IMG/VR virus record: IMGVR_UViG_3300046692_000144
Coordinates: 85,621-149,620 of that record
DNA: 64,000 nt
Strand: one strand, 5' to 3'
From: a virus
Lineage: Duplodnaviria > Heunggongvirae > Uroviricota > Caudoviricetes
Under the pieces are notes generated by a model. It worked only from the letters and a program-made list of their open reading frames with translations, was not told the origin of the DNA and did no database searches. The position numbers and the translations under genes are program-made. Positions 1 to 9,581 of this stretch are shown here, in pieces (the first letter of the stretch is position 1; each line of letters opens with the position of its first letter).

Positions 1-2498
1 TCCAGGATACCGACGCCTTCCAGCATATTCACATCTTTACCGATAGAATCACTTAAGCCTTTGCGAATCCTATCTGCCTTAGTGGACTTCTCTACTGGAT
101 CTACCAGAGAAGTTTCCGAAGATAGAATCTGATCTACTAACCGGTTCTTACGACCCGAAGTCAATGGATCACCTAGCTTCTTATCTGCGTTCAATCTGTC
201 GATAGCTGCGGCACGATCTTCTCGTGGGCTATTTGGGTTAGTAGCAATTCGTGCGTCTTTATCTCCGTTACGGGCCAGCTCATTCAATGCATCTACGTGT
301 TTAACGTTACTAGTCATGAACTGAGATGCGCCAAGCTTACCGTTAGGGTCTGACGCAAACTCGTACATGCTGTTGACTACTTTGCCGAAGGGGTTAGCGT
401 TGAACATACCTTTAGCACGTTCACCTAGCGACGACCTCACTTCGTATCCACCACTACGAGATTCTGAACCTCCTACACCCTCGAAGTCATTGAATGAAGT
501 AGGTTCGGTGCCACCAGTGAGCGATCCGAAACGAGCGTTAGTCACACCGCTAGCGAGGTAGTCTTTTACCGAACCCGCTCCCTCGATTACGCTACCAACG
601 GAATCAGATCCACCTGCCTTAAAGCTCTTCCAGGCAGTTGCCACCGGATAAGTGATAGTGTTGAAACGGCCACCGTTAAGACCTTCTTGCTCAAGATACT
701 TCATTACGTCAGATTGCATTTGGCCATGAAGAGCTTTGGTATTCTGCTCTCCCGTACCGGAATAGCTCTGAACTTCCTTGAGCATAGCCTTGGCTTCCAT
801 ATCCGGAAGGCCCATGTACGTGGTCATAAGCATGTGAGCCTTTTCCACGTCAATGGAGCCATCAGGATTCTTCATTCCAGGCATTACGTCTGCGATTTGT
901 TTGATCTGATCAAGGAATGCACCAGAGCCTTTCTGCATCAATTGCTTACTGGTCATCTCGCCTTTGTAATAACCCATGGCACCGGCGATACCCATAGGAT
1001 CACCAGCAGCCATCTGACCGAAGCCGGACAGGTTGTTAACTACAGAGTTACCGTTCCCCTTACCAAAGTTCTCATTCATGAGCATCATTTGGTTGTACGG
1101 AGTCTGGGCAGCATTCACATGGCCGGTAACAGCAAGTTGAGTAGCACCTTCTCGACCCCCGAACTGAGCCATAGTGGAATCACTAATCAGACCCATTCGA
1201 TACGCAGAGGAGAACGCACCGTACGTAGATGCTGCTTGGGTTTGACCAAGGTATGGAGTCAGGCCGTTAGACTGGTAGATGTACTGACCCTGAGCACCAA
1301 CGGTGTTCATCATCTTCTGTACAGACACGCCCGCAATAGCAGACGATCCTGCGATATTCTGTAGAACCTTACCTACGCTTCCCGCACCGGCACCCGCAAC
1401 TTTCAGCTCAGACATCATCTCCATAGCTGCTCGAAAGTCTGGTTCGTTGGCCACCCGCATCATGACCTTGACCTGCTTGCCGAGTTGCTTCATGCGGCTT
1501 TCGATCTGCTCAAGCTTTACGTCATCGAGCTGTCCCGAACGAGCAGCAAGGTCCGTAAGATCACCCATGCCATAGGTGTCAAACGTCATGTCCTTGATAC
1601 TTGCGTGAGTCAGTTTCGAGGCTAGCTTGGCAGAGAACTTATCAGACATGCCGAAGCCGTTAACGGAGTTACCGTTAGAGCCATCACCACCCATGATATG
1701 TTGGAAGTTGCTATTAAGACCTCGTTGAGCATTACGAGTAGCAGAATACGGAGTAAACAGAGCCGCGTCAGCTACGCCAGTGATAGCTTCACCCACAACT
1801 AGACCGCTCGCTACCGCACCAATACCTGCACCAACTAGACCTGCTCCTCCAATGAACCCACGAGCACCAAAACCACCAGCCTCTACTCCCATGCCTCGTG
1901 CAAGACCACCCGCAAGGCCTTGACCCACTGAAGAACCGAATCTTGCACCAAGACCCATTTCGCCTGCGGATACGGCGTTCTTAGCCAGTTCACGTTGAAG
2001 CGTTGCGTGTGAAGCACCAGAAGCAGCACCGCTAGCCATACGACCTGCATGGCGAACATGGCTCCAGGAGTTGTTCCACCCCTGCATAGTTGCTGAGTAG
2101 GCAGCACTGTTAGACGTTACTTTTACCGAAGAGGCCTTCATACCCGCTGCAAAAGCAAGCGCAGGCACGATAACTCTCTGGGTTGCCCAGGTAGCATTGT
2201 CTAATGGCCGATAGGCCATAGCGGAATAGTAAGGATCGTCTTGAGATACAGGATCACCATACATATGGCTATTGCCAAATGGAGTCATGGTGTTGTAGAC
2301 AGAGGTCCCAAAACCTACGTTTTGACTTGGAGGAGGAGCCCCCTGTGGACCTTGATACTGCGGACGATATGGTGCTGCGTAACTCGGGGTGAGGTACGTA
2401 GGATCTATGCCCCAAGAACCCTGAGTCGTGTTGAAAGGGTTCAGCGGATCTTGAAAGGAGTTATTGGCAACGTTCGCAGTAGTTTGAAACAAGCTCAC
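1..2498 (-). CDS. Tape-measure-like tail protein, truncated by the window edge; absent from the ORF track
   Basis: Manual translation of sampled segments shows one frame from GTG 2498 (MSLFQTTANVANN...WGIDPTYLTPSY) still open at base 1. Gly/Ala-rich helical sequence, directly downstream of the frameshifting chaperone pair. Confidence 0.7.
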   Translation of the reverse strand, partial: MSLFQTTANVANNSFQDPLNPFNTTQGSWGIDPTYLTPSYAAPYRPQYQGPQGAPPPSQNVGFGTSVYNTMTPFGNSHMYGDPVSQDDPYYSAMAYRPLDNATWATQRVIVPALAFAAGMKASSVKVTSNSAAYSATMQGWNNSWSHVRHAGRMASGAASGASHATLQRELAKNAVSAGEMGLGARFGSSVGQGLAGGLARGMGVEAGGFGARGFIGGAGLVGAGIGAVASGLVVGEAITGVADAALFTPYSATRNAQRGLNSNFQHIMGGDGSNGNSVNGFGMSDKFSAKLASKLTHASIKDMTFDTYGMGDLTDLAARSGQLDDVKLEQIESRMKQLGKQVKVMMRVANEPDFRAAMEMMSELKVAGAGAGSVGKVLQNIAGSSAIAGVSVQKMMNTVGAQGQYIYQSNGLTPYLGQTQAASTYGAFSSAYRMGLISDSTMAQFGGREGATQLAVTGHVNAAQTPYNQMMLMNENFGKGNGNSVVNNLSGFGQMAAGDPMGIAGAMGYYKGEMTSKQLMQKGSGAFLDQIKQIADVMPGMKNPDGSIDVEKAHMLMTTYMGLPDMEAKAMLKEVQSYSGTGEQNTKALHGQMQSDVMKYLEQEGLNGGRFNTITYPVATAWKSFKAGGSDSVGSVIEGAGSVKDYLASGVTNARFGSLTGGTEPTSFNDFEGVGGSESRSGGYEVRSSLGERAKGMFNANPFGKVVNSMYEFASDPNGKLGASQFMTSNVKHVDALNELARNGDKDARIATNPNSPREDRAAAIDRLNADKKLGDPLTSGRKNRLVDQILSSETSLVDPVEKSTKADRIRKGLSDSIGKDVNMLEGVGIL

Positions 2499-2520
2499 AG
2501 GAGGTACTCGTATCTATGTT

Positions 2521-2868
2521 TTATAGCCCTTCCACACTTAGAATGCCGTTAGTACTGACAAGCTTCACGTTTCTGGACTTCATGGCTTCGTATTCTTTGA
2601 GCCAACGCATTTCGTCTTCTTCTCTGGACGGGCCAGCCTTCTTCTGAACTTCTCCACCAATCTCAAGGGCTACCAACTCTTCCCACAATTCCTTAAGAAC
2701 TCGTTTGTTCTCAGGTCCTGCTGCAATAGCGGCTATCGTCCAATTGATCTGTTCTGACTTGAGTCTCCGAAGAGTCTCATGCTCCATGAACCCTCGTAGG
2801 ATTTTGTCCTTGATCGACCCTAGGCCAGGCAGCTTGACTCCGGACGTGAACATCCGAAGTCTTTGCAT
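2521..2868 (-). CDS. Tail assembly chaperone, C-terminal (GT-like) part, probably reached by -1 frameshift
   Basis: Lies in the -1 frame of 2883..3425 and is open from the A AAT TTT heptamer; precedes the tape measure gene. Confidence 0.65.
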   Translation of the reverse strand: MQRLRMFTSGVKLPGLGSIKDKILRGFMEHETLRRLKSEQINWTIAAIAAGPENKRVLKELWEELVALEIGGEVQKKAGPSREEDEMRWLKEYEAMKSRNVKLVSTNGILSVEGL

Positions 2869-2882
2869 TGCCCAGGGTCGTT

Positions 2883-3425
2883 TTAAAAATTTTCTTCGCC
2901 GTGGGCTACGGCTGCCTCCACCTTCAAATCGAACTTGACCAAAGCCTTGATCATTGCCCCGATTACAGCAGAAGGCATATCTTCGATGAGTTCCAGTTTC
3001 TTCTCGAAGGTTTCGCCAGAAATGTCCTTACCATTGACGATAACGGTAGACTGGACGAGGTTGCAAAGAGCACGCATGCTCTCCATGGTCAAGCCCATCT
3101 GATAACGAGATTTGTCCAGTAGCTCAACAATGCTGCGGATCTCTTTACCGGTACGTGTTTTCAGAGTCAAGGTCAGACGACCACCGATCTTTACTTCTTC
3201 CATGTACGCGTTATCGAACATCAATGCATCGAAGATTGAATCCAGCTCGGCTTCATCATACTCCGGGCTACCACCCTCTACTACGTGGACTTGCTCACCA
3301 ACCGCTTCTTCTCTAGCCGGAGTCACTGCCTCTTCCTTCAAAGTAGGAGTCTCTTTTGGGGTCTTGGCACTACGACCGCCTTTGATCACTGGCTCTTCTT
3401 TTGGGAACTCAAAATCGTTGTTCAT
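2883..3425 (-). CDS. Tail assembly chaperone (G-like)
   Basis: 180 aa acidic ORF ending at a slippery heptamer upstream of the tape measure gene. Confidence 0.6.
   Translation of the reverse strand: MNNDFEFPKEEPVIKGGRSAKTPKETPTLKEEAVTPAREEAVGEQVHVVEGGSPEYDEAELDSIFDALMFDNAYMEEVKIGGRLTLTLKTRTGKEIRSIVELLDKSRYQMGLTMESMRALCNLVQSTVIVNGKDISGETFEKKLELIEDMPSAVIGAMIKALVKFDLKVEAAVAHGEENF
2886..2892 (-). other. -1 slippery heptamer A AAT TTT
   Basis: X XXY YYZ pattern in the correct frame just before TAA; a shift gives ...EENF-LKRPWA-MQRL. Confidence 0.7.
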
Positions 3426-3448
3426 TTTTACTCTCTGATATTTTAGGT

Positions 3449-5146
3449 CTAGTAGTCTTCACGGCCCAAGCCGCCAAACATATTATCGTCGTCATCACCT
3501 GCACCCCAAGCATCTTTGTCGTCAAAACCGCCAGCGACAACACCGTGTGGAATGTGGGACCCAACTTCGAGCCCTTCGACGTATTTGAATTCTTGACGAA
3601 GAATCATTAATCCGATATTAGCAAAGACAACACTGTGAAGCCAGTCGTCTGGAATATCAGGATTCTTACAGTAGATCCTTCGCCCTGCCCGGGTCTCCTC
3701 TTCATGTACGCTCAGTGCATCTCTCCAGAACCCTGCCGTCTTCTCCCAGCTTGGGGTTTCGAAGCTATTGCGGCCAAGCTTCATCTTCATGATAACGGAG
3801 TCTATACACATTGTACGATCCGCTGCGAAGTACTGACCTTCTTTGTCCCAACGAAGAGCGGACTTAGATGCCACGTAGTTGATTGGTGCTACAAAGTCAC
3901 GACCCATCTCATTCTGCAACAACTGACACTGTAGAACACCAACCCCACGGTCGGAGGCAATGATCTGAGCCTTATACTTACGAGCTATGTACATTACGTG
4001 ACGGACTTGGTCCAAGATGTCTACACCGTTCAGACGCTCAGAATACAGTAGAAAGGTCTTGCCAAGCATGTTGGTCCCGATCACCGTAATGATCGTGTAG
4101 GACTTCGATGCAGAGGTTACAGACCAGTCCACCCCCAAAGACACTTGTAGGATACCCCGATCATCCGTAGGCCAGCCTTCTTCAAACTCAGTCCTCTCAG
4201 TGTTGCAGCAAAGCATGGCCTCTCGCTGAGTAAGGATCTTACCACCCATACCCGCTGCTAAGCCGAATACTTCGTTGGCTAGTTTCTGAGGGTTATACAT
4301 GGTGAGCTTGTCTTGCAGCTCCCTCCATTTCTTCGGCTTGGTACGAGCACCAATGATGAACTGAGGAATGTGTAGACCAATGCTGCGGGTAATCTCAGGG
4401 TTGAACGAAACCCAAGCACCTTTCGTAACGTCGATTACGTGATGGCAATACGGGCAGCCAGGACCGCCTTTATGCTCAAGGATCTTCATGCAGGTGTCGT
4501 AGTCATAAGCTGCGATATGACGACTGCACCCCTGACACTTCATAACCCATTCACACTGATTGCTCGCACGCCACTTTATCTCAAGGGTGTTGTTCTCAGT
4601 CTTGGCGGTGCCGGTAAGACGCTTGTAAGCGTAATCAGATGCGGAGAGGGTTTCGTACAGTACAGGCAGAGCGTCCAAACTCACGTCTTGGATTTCATCC
4701 ACGCAAAGCAAGTCGGCGTTGACTCCTCGAATACGGTCGGCGTCGGCTTCCGTCTCGGCGTATCCCAGATAGATCGTGGATTTGTTCTTGAAGGACTTCT
4801 GGAAAACGTTCTTCCGGGAAGAGGTGTCTCGATAGTACTTCTGGAGCAACGGTGACTCCATGAAGGTATCTAGGTAGCCAGTTGAGAAACGACTTGTCTG
4901 CTGGCTTAGAGGAGCGATGTACAAGGAGTTGAAATAGCTAGTCGAGGCACTGTTGGATACGAGCGCTCCTGAAAGGGACACCGACTTCCCTATCTGACGC
5001 CCGCACTTAAGCACCATCTCATCTGGGTACAGATCGTACACGTCAATGAAAGGTAAGTACTCATCGAAGGACAAAGGCTTACCTTTGATCTCTAGGAGAG
5101 CGGTTGCAAGTTGTGCCCGCGTAAGGGCCGTAGGTTTGTTGGTCAT
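3449..5146 (-). CDS. terL: Terminase large subunit
   Basis: Walker A GRQIGKS, Walker B LCVDEIQD, nuclease motifs LGVDW and PDDWLHS, CxxC...CxxC insert. Confidence 0.9.
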   Translation of the reverse strand: MTNKPTALTRAQLATALLEIKGKPLSFDEYLPFIDVYDLYPDEMVLKCGRQIGKSVSLSGALVSNSASTSYFNSLYIAPLSQQTSRFSTGYLDTFMESPLLQKYYRDTSSRKNVFQKSFKNKSTIYLGYAETEADADRIRGVNADLLCVDEIQDVSLDALPVLYETLSASDYAYKRLTGTAKTENNTLEIKWRASNQCEWVMKCQGCSRHIAAYDYDTCMKILEHKGGPGCPYCHHVIDVTKGAWVSFNPEITRSIGLHIPQFIIGARTKPKKWRELQDKLTMYNPQKLANEVFGLAAGMGGKILTQREAMLCCNTERTEFEEGWPTDDRGILQVSLGVDWSVTSASKSYTIITVIGTNMLGKTFLLYSERLNGVDILDQVRHVMYIARKYKAQIIASDRGVGVLQCQLLQNEMGRDFVAPINYVASKSALRWDKEGQYFAADRTMCIDSVIMKMKLGRNSFETPSWEKTAGFWRDALSVHEEETRAGRRIYCKNPDIPDDWLHSVVFANIGLMILRQEFKYVEGLEVGSHIPHGVVAGGFDDKDAWGAGDDDDNMFGGLGREDY

Positions 5147-5152
5147 GCTATC

Positions 5153-5158
5153 AGTTTA
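5153..5158 (-). promoter_or_regulatory. Late promoter-like hexamer TAAACT
   Basis: Exactly 6 nt before the terL ATG. Confidence 0.55.
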
Positions 5159-5357
5159 CTACTCCGCTAGCCCTATCTCATTGGTAGCCCCTAGGAGCGC
5201 TCCTGGCGATAGTAATACGTGAAGGACTACCGTTGGGTACACCGTAGCTCTATCAGTCCTCCAGCAGCCTCTCAGGAGCTCGTATACGAATCAGGAGCAT
5301 GCTCTACGGATCATATACGGACCAACCTCCAAAACGCCTCCCGGAGACCATTGATCT

Positions 5358-5975
5358 AGAGCCTGCGCGGAACGAGGCCTTGATCTACGTGGCTTGCAGA
5401 GGAGCGTCTAAGCCGTAGACAAAACATGTCTACGCTAAGAGGCCCGTGCTAGAGCCTTTAGACAGAATCTTAGACATCTAGACAAAGTTTTGTCTAAGTC
5501 ATGTCTACGGCTGTAAGCCACGGCCCGTATGGCTTTGAGTGGTGCGCTAGACATTTAGACATGAATTTTCTCCACACAAGCACTAGGGCTCAGAAACCAG
5601 GAAATAAAAAACAAGAAATGGAGACAGTCATATACATACATATATATATTTATATATTTATAACTATATTAATGTACCCATGACATGGCTATGGCTCGTA
5701 GGTAGGGATCACAGAGTTGTTTTTTTATTTGTGTGTTTCCAAGCTCTGGGTGCTCGTGCGGAGAAAATTCATGTCTAAATGTCTAGCGCACCCCTCAAAG
5801 CCATACGGGCCGTGGCTTACAGCCGTAGACATGACTTAGACAAAACTTTGTCTAGATGTCTAAGATTTTGTCTAAAGGCTCTAGCACGGGCTTCTTAGCG
5901 TAGACATGGTTTGTCTACGGTTTAGACATGCCTCTGGAGGCCCCGTATATCAAGCCTTGTAGCCGCGCAGGCTCT
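5358..5975. repeat. Large imperfect palindrome (copy 1) with TAGAC/GTCTA iterons and AT-rich asymmetric core; origin-like
   Basis: Arms of about 255 bp (5358-~5613 vs ~5717-5975) are reverse complements; about 20 TAGAC pentamers; core 5615-5715. Confidence 0.95.
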
Positions 5976-6041
5976 ATATCGCGTGTTTCCGCGTGTATAC
6001 GCAATATTATCGAAATAAAATTCAATAATTCCCATAAGTCT

Positions 6042-6048
6042 GGTATAA
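6042..6048 (+). promoter_or_regulatory. Early-type promoter motif GGTATAA
   Basis: Recurrent motif upstream of plus-strand genes; precedes the Ubl operon. Confidence 0.7.
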
Positions 6049-6116
6049 CTATTGTGTAGCGGGGAACATATCGTTCTTATTGTTACACAACCTTTTAGAC
6101 TATTAGGAGTTTCACC

Positions 6117-6314
6117 ATGGCTATCACTTCGACCAAGATCGTTATCAGCACCACTGGCCAGACCTTCATCGTTCCTGGCGCCAGCACTGCTGAACAGGTC
6201 AAAAACCTGTACGGTTCTTCGGTTCCTGCCATCAACTCGATGGACGCCGACGTAAGCGATGACGGCGAAGTCCGTACCATCACCTTCCGTGCTCGTACCG
6301 GCACCAAAGGCTAA
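6117..6314 (+). CDS. Prokaryotic ubiquitin-like protein (PRTRC protein C-like)
   Basis: 65 aa, ends RARTGTKG, AGGAG SD, first gene of an E2/JAB/E1 operon. Confidence 0.8.
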   Translation: MAITSTKIVISTTGQTFIVPGASTAEQVKNLYGSSVPAINSMDADVSDDGEVRTITFRARTGTKG

Positions 6315-6344
6315 TTCCGAACCCTCGGTCTTAGCTTGATTGAG

Positions 6345-6376
6345 AAAGCCTCCCTAGTGGAGGCTTTTTCTTTTAG
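6345..6376 (+). terminator. Intrinsic terminator after the Ubl gene
   Basis: AAAGCCTCC-CTAGT-GGAGGCTTT plus T-tract. Confidence 0.8.
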
Positions 6377-6393
6377 TCATCTGGAGGATTTTC

Positions 6394-7329
6394 ATGTTTT
6401 CATTTGATGAGAACGGGAACGTTCTAATTGACACTGAGCAGTCTGATGCGATTACTCGTGCGACTAGCAACCGCACAATCTCTGCTCGTGCAACTGCACT
6501 TACCCGTGGGCAGTACGTTCCGATCAACCCAATCACCGCTAGTACTCTGCAACCGTTTCTGACGAGCTTGGGTGAACGTTACAAAGCTGTTTGCAACAAT
6601 CTTCGTGGTGGCGCTTCCAGGATTGCCTACCCACGGAGTCCGTCTGATCTTGACGTAATCAGTAACCGTGCAGTTGCTGACTGGGTGTCCGTAGAACTAC
6701 AAGGGTTTGAAGGGCCTCTGCCTATCCTGGAAGTGGAAGGGGTTCGCACTATTGATTTCTTGCTTCCTGCGGACGGCGCGGTGATTCGTTACCTGGGCCG
6801 ACTGCTACACAACTCGAAAGGGTTGGTCCATGCGGAGATCGTTGTTAACGGGGATCGTCGTCCAAGTGCAGTCCGTACTCTGGACGCCTCGGAAGCGGTT
6901 AACCCTAACGGAGACCACACCATGCGTCTTCGTATTTTCATGCGGTATTCCCATGGAACTTCCGGGCGTTTTGAAAACGCTGTTCCTGATACGTTGGTGG
7001 CTCTTCTGAAGATGATGGATATCGAGGAGGAGTTTCCGGCTCTGCCACGAGTACTGAGAACTCTGTCTCGCAAGCTTCGTAGCACTACTGGCAACTGGGG
7101 TGAAGAACCTCGATTCCCGGTAGTTAACTTTCGAGGCAAGATGGATGGCTACATGAGCAACGGGCGAGTTGAACTCTCTCTCATCCATCACTTGTTTCAT
7201 GGTAACCGTTCTCAGATGTACTCCGACAAGAGTGTCTACGCGGTGATGGACGAAAACATGAAGCAACCACTCCTAGCCACTAAACCAATAACTTCAACTG
7301 GAGCTGCCCAATGGATAACGCCAGCGTAG
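6394..7329 (+). CDS. Hypothetical protein in the Ubl operon
   Basis: 311 aa ORF with GGAGG SD; no family recognised. Confidence 0.75.
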   Translation: MFSFDENGNVLIDTEQSDAITRATSNRTISARATALTRGQYVPINPITASTLQPFLTSLGERYKAVCNNLRGGASRIAYPRSPSDLDVISNRAVADWVSVELQGFEGPLPILEVEGVRTIDFLLPADGAVIRYLGRLLHNSKGLVHAEIVVNGDRRPSAVRTLDASEAVNPNGDHTMRLRIFMRYSHGTSGRFENAVPDTLVALLKMMDIEEEFPALPRVLRTLSRKLRSTTGNWGEEPRFPVVNFRGKMDGYMSNGRVELSLIHHLFHGNRSQMYSDKSVYAVMDENMKQPLLATKPITSTGAAQWITPA

Positions 7330-7799
7330 CTGTAGAAGTAACTCGTTTCGACGGTCTTAACTTTGGTCAGGCATGCGCTCTTCTGTTTGCAGAGTGTAAG
7401 TCGAGCGCCCCAGAGGTAGACGGGTTTCAGAACCTCATCACGTATGTGAAGAGCATGCATGAGACTCTGGGTCTTGAGTTCAAGGTAGAGGAGTACTGGA
7501 ATCCGGAAACGGTTTCGGGTACGTACCCGGTGTGGCCTGACGCTATTGCTCGGTGGCAGCCTTCTGAGGCTATCGCAGGCCCAGTTACTCGGGAGAGCAC
7601 TCAAGCCCTTCTGAAAATACTGAGAGATACAACTCGGCTGGCAGATACTTACCGTCGAGGTATCGACGCTGTCAGTCAAAACTCTCAACGACGTGGTCGT
7701 GAAGGTCTCATCGATCCGAACATGCTCGTCCGTGCGGTTAACACCGCCCCTCTGTTCGTACCGGAAGCGTCTGAAGACGATGAAGATGACTTCCTCTAA
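7311..7799 (+). CDS. Hypothetical protein in the Ubl operon
   Basis: 162 aa ORF overlapping the previous stop; acidic C-terminus. Confidence 0.7.
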   Translation: MDNASVAVEVTRFDGLNFGQACALLFAECKSSAPEVDGFQNLITYVKSMHETLGLEFKVEEYWNPETVSGTYPVWPDAIARWQPSEAIAGPVTRESTQALLKILRDTTRLADTYRRGIDAVSQNSQRRGREGLIDPNMLVRAVNTAPLFVPEASEDDEDDFL

Positions 7800-7813
7800 C
7801 TGGGGGAGTTCCT

Positions 7814-7820
7814 GGTATAA
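7814..7820 (+). promoter_or_regulatory. Early-type promoter motif GGTATAA
   Basis: Upstream of the E2 gene. Confidence 0.7.
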
Positions 7821-7858
7821 GCATTATGCAAGAGAAATCTTTAGCAATAGGAGGCTAA

Positions 7859-8545
7859 ATGTCTAATCAACTTTTGGATATCAAACTTTTTGATACCCAT
7901 GCTTTGATCACTCGACCCGGATCGAAGCTTGCAAAACCAGTTGGGGTTAAGGATCTGGTGAGTGTTCTGAGTGAGTCTGCTCAGAACGTTCTCAACTACT
8001 CCCGATCAGAAACTCTGCGTCTGCCGAGCAATGTCTACATGACGAGCTACGCAGGCAACATGCTGAACCTCTGCATGTATTTCGAACAACGTCCGCTCAA
8101 GGTTCGTCACATCGACGATAGCAAGGGCAAGGACTACGAGATCATGATGCCTAACGTGGTTATCCACTTGGCGCTCAAGGTCAGCAACAACGGCGGCAAA
8201 CACGAAGTAACCGGTGCATGGTACTACTGCACTCCGGAGACTCGTGACAACCTGCCGACAGTAATCCCGGGGAAACTGAAGGGCATCTTCGGCTGGTTGC
8301 CTTTCCCGAACTGCTACGAGAACTTCACTCTCTGCTATGGCCGAAACAGTGTGTTCCACGCAGTAGAAGGCGGTGACCTTCGTATCTTCAACGTCTACTA
8401 CGACGTGCTCGTCAACAGTGCGTTTAACAACGACCTGCGTCTGATGGGTGTGAACTTCGATGGTCGTAACCGTGACTGGTTCGCCAAGATGGCTGAGGTT
8501 TACAAAACCGAACAACGTTTCCCCTACGAACTGATTAAATTCTAA
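7859..8545 (+). CDS. Prokaryotic E2-like conjugating enzyme (PRTRC protein B / Prok-E2 family D-like)
   Basis: LPFPNCYENFTLCYG matches the PF.N....G.iC.G active-site region; MPNVV strand; operon context. Confidence 0.75.
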   Translation: MSNQLLDIKLFDTHALITRPGSKLAKPVGVKDLVSVLSESAQNVLNYSRSETLRLPSNVYMTSYAGNMLNLCMYFEQRPLKVRHIDDSKGKDYEIMMPNVVIHLALKVSNNGGKHEVTGAWYYCTPETRDNLPTVIPGKLKGIFGWLPFPNCYENFTLCYGRNSVFHAVEGGDLRIFNVYYDVLVNSAFNNDLRLMGVNFDGRNRDWFAKMAEVYKTEQRFPYELIKF

Positions 8546-8558
8546 GAGGTCCTGAACA

Positions 8559-9581
8559 ATGACTCTACAAGTAGTATTGCCGCATTTCTCGTGCATCGTC
8601 TCCAGCGACGAGGCTCTCAAGCAAGCTGAAGAAGAAGGCTACTGCGAGATCTTCATCATCTCCCAGACTGGTCTGTTCAAACGTACTGGCTTGACCCACG
8701 GTCGTAGCGTTACTGTTCCTTGTGCAGCGCTTCCAGGTAACGTTTCCCTGCCGAAAAGCGGTCAAGACGTTTCCAAGTTTTTCCCTGCTGGCAAGATCCC
8801 TAAGCACTTCCTGGCAAAGATCATCAGCTTCTTCAAAGCAGTAATGGTCGAAAACAAAGGCACCAACCTGGAAGCACAAGCGTTCGTAATCTGGAACCCG
8901 GAACTGGGCTACCACATTCGAATCCCTGAGCAGACTGTTGCCGGTGCTTCGGTAAGCTACTCCTGGGAAAACTTCCTGGGTCCAAACGATGTGGTTGTTC
9001 TGGACATGCACTCCCACAACAACATGAACGCGTTCTTCAGCGGCACCGACGACCGCGACGACAATGGCAACTGCACCATCTCAGGTGTAGTAGGCAAGCT
9101 GAGCACCACCTGTGAATTGGTGTTCCGCTTCAACCTGCCTGGCAACCTGAAGATCAACCCTCTGGGCATGGACTTCATCTTCGCAGAAGAGGAGGACAAC
9201 TTCGAAGTCCCAAAGGACTGGCTGAACAACGTTAAGCGTCAGGTGTACGTTCCGCCTGTTGTTCCGGTTGGTGGCTACAACTACGGCGGCAACGGCTACA
9301 ACAAACGTAACTACGGCAAGAACGCGACCGCTGGGGGTGTCGTCCACAACGAAAGCTTTCGCGGACAGAATGGCCAAATGGCCATGGATGATGCTGGACT
9401 AAGCCAGGACGACGCGGAGGTGCTGGCCAGTTTCGGTCACCCTTTTCCGTTTAGCGGTGAAGGAGGTAACCAACCCCCTTTCACCGAGCGCCCGCTGACA
9501 AAGGGGCGCAAAACTCAGAAGCAAGCGAGCAAGGTAACTCGGCTGAAAACGAAGGCTCGCAGCCCCCGGATTATTATCTGA
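8559..9581 (+). CDS. JAB/MPN metallopeptidase (PRTRC protein A-like), unshifted isoform
   Basis: Upstream Glu (EAQA) and DMHSHNNMNAFFSGTDDRDD zinc motif. Confidence 0.85.
   Translation: MTLQVVLPHFSCIVSSDEALKQAEEEGYCEIFIISQTGLFKRTGLTHGRSVTVPCAALPGNVSLPKSGQDVSKFFPAGKIPKHFLAKIISFFKAVMVENKGTNLEAQAFVIWNPELGYHIRIPEQTVAGASVSYSWENFLGPNDVVVLDMHSHNNMNAFFSGTDDRDDNGNCTISGVVGKLSTTCELVFRFNLPGNLKINPLGMDFIFAEEEDNFEVPKDWLNNVKRQVYVPPVVPVGGYNYGGNGYNKRNYGKNATAGGVVHNESFRGQNGQMAMDDAGLSQDDAEVLASFGHPFPFSGEGGNQPPFTERPLTKGRKTQKQASKVTRLKTKARSPRIII
9460..9509 (+). other. Putative -1 programmed frameshift signal (SD, C CCT TTC, hairpin)
   Basis: GGAGG 9462-9466, heptamer 9476-9482, GCGCCC/GGGCGC stem 9488-9509. Confidence 0.7.

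Noticed and set aside
687-1364. 225 aa plus-strand ORF
   Set aside because: Antisense shadow of the tape-measure-like gene; no SD, promoter motif or recognisable domain.
5501-5683. 60 aa ORF inside the palindrome
   Set aside because: Runs through the iteron arm and AT tract (YIHIYIYIF); not convincingly coding.
5358-5975. TAGAC repeats as a CRISPR array
   Set aside because: Short irregular pentamers in a palindrome, with no constant repeat-spacer period and no cas genes.
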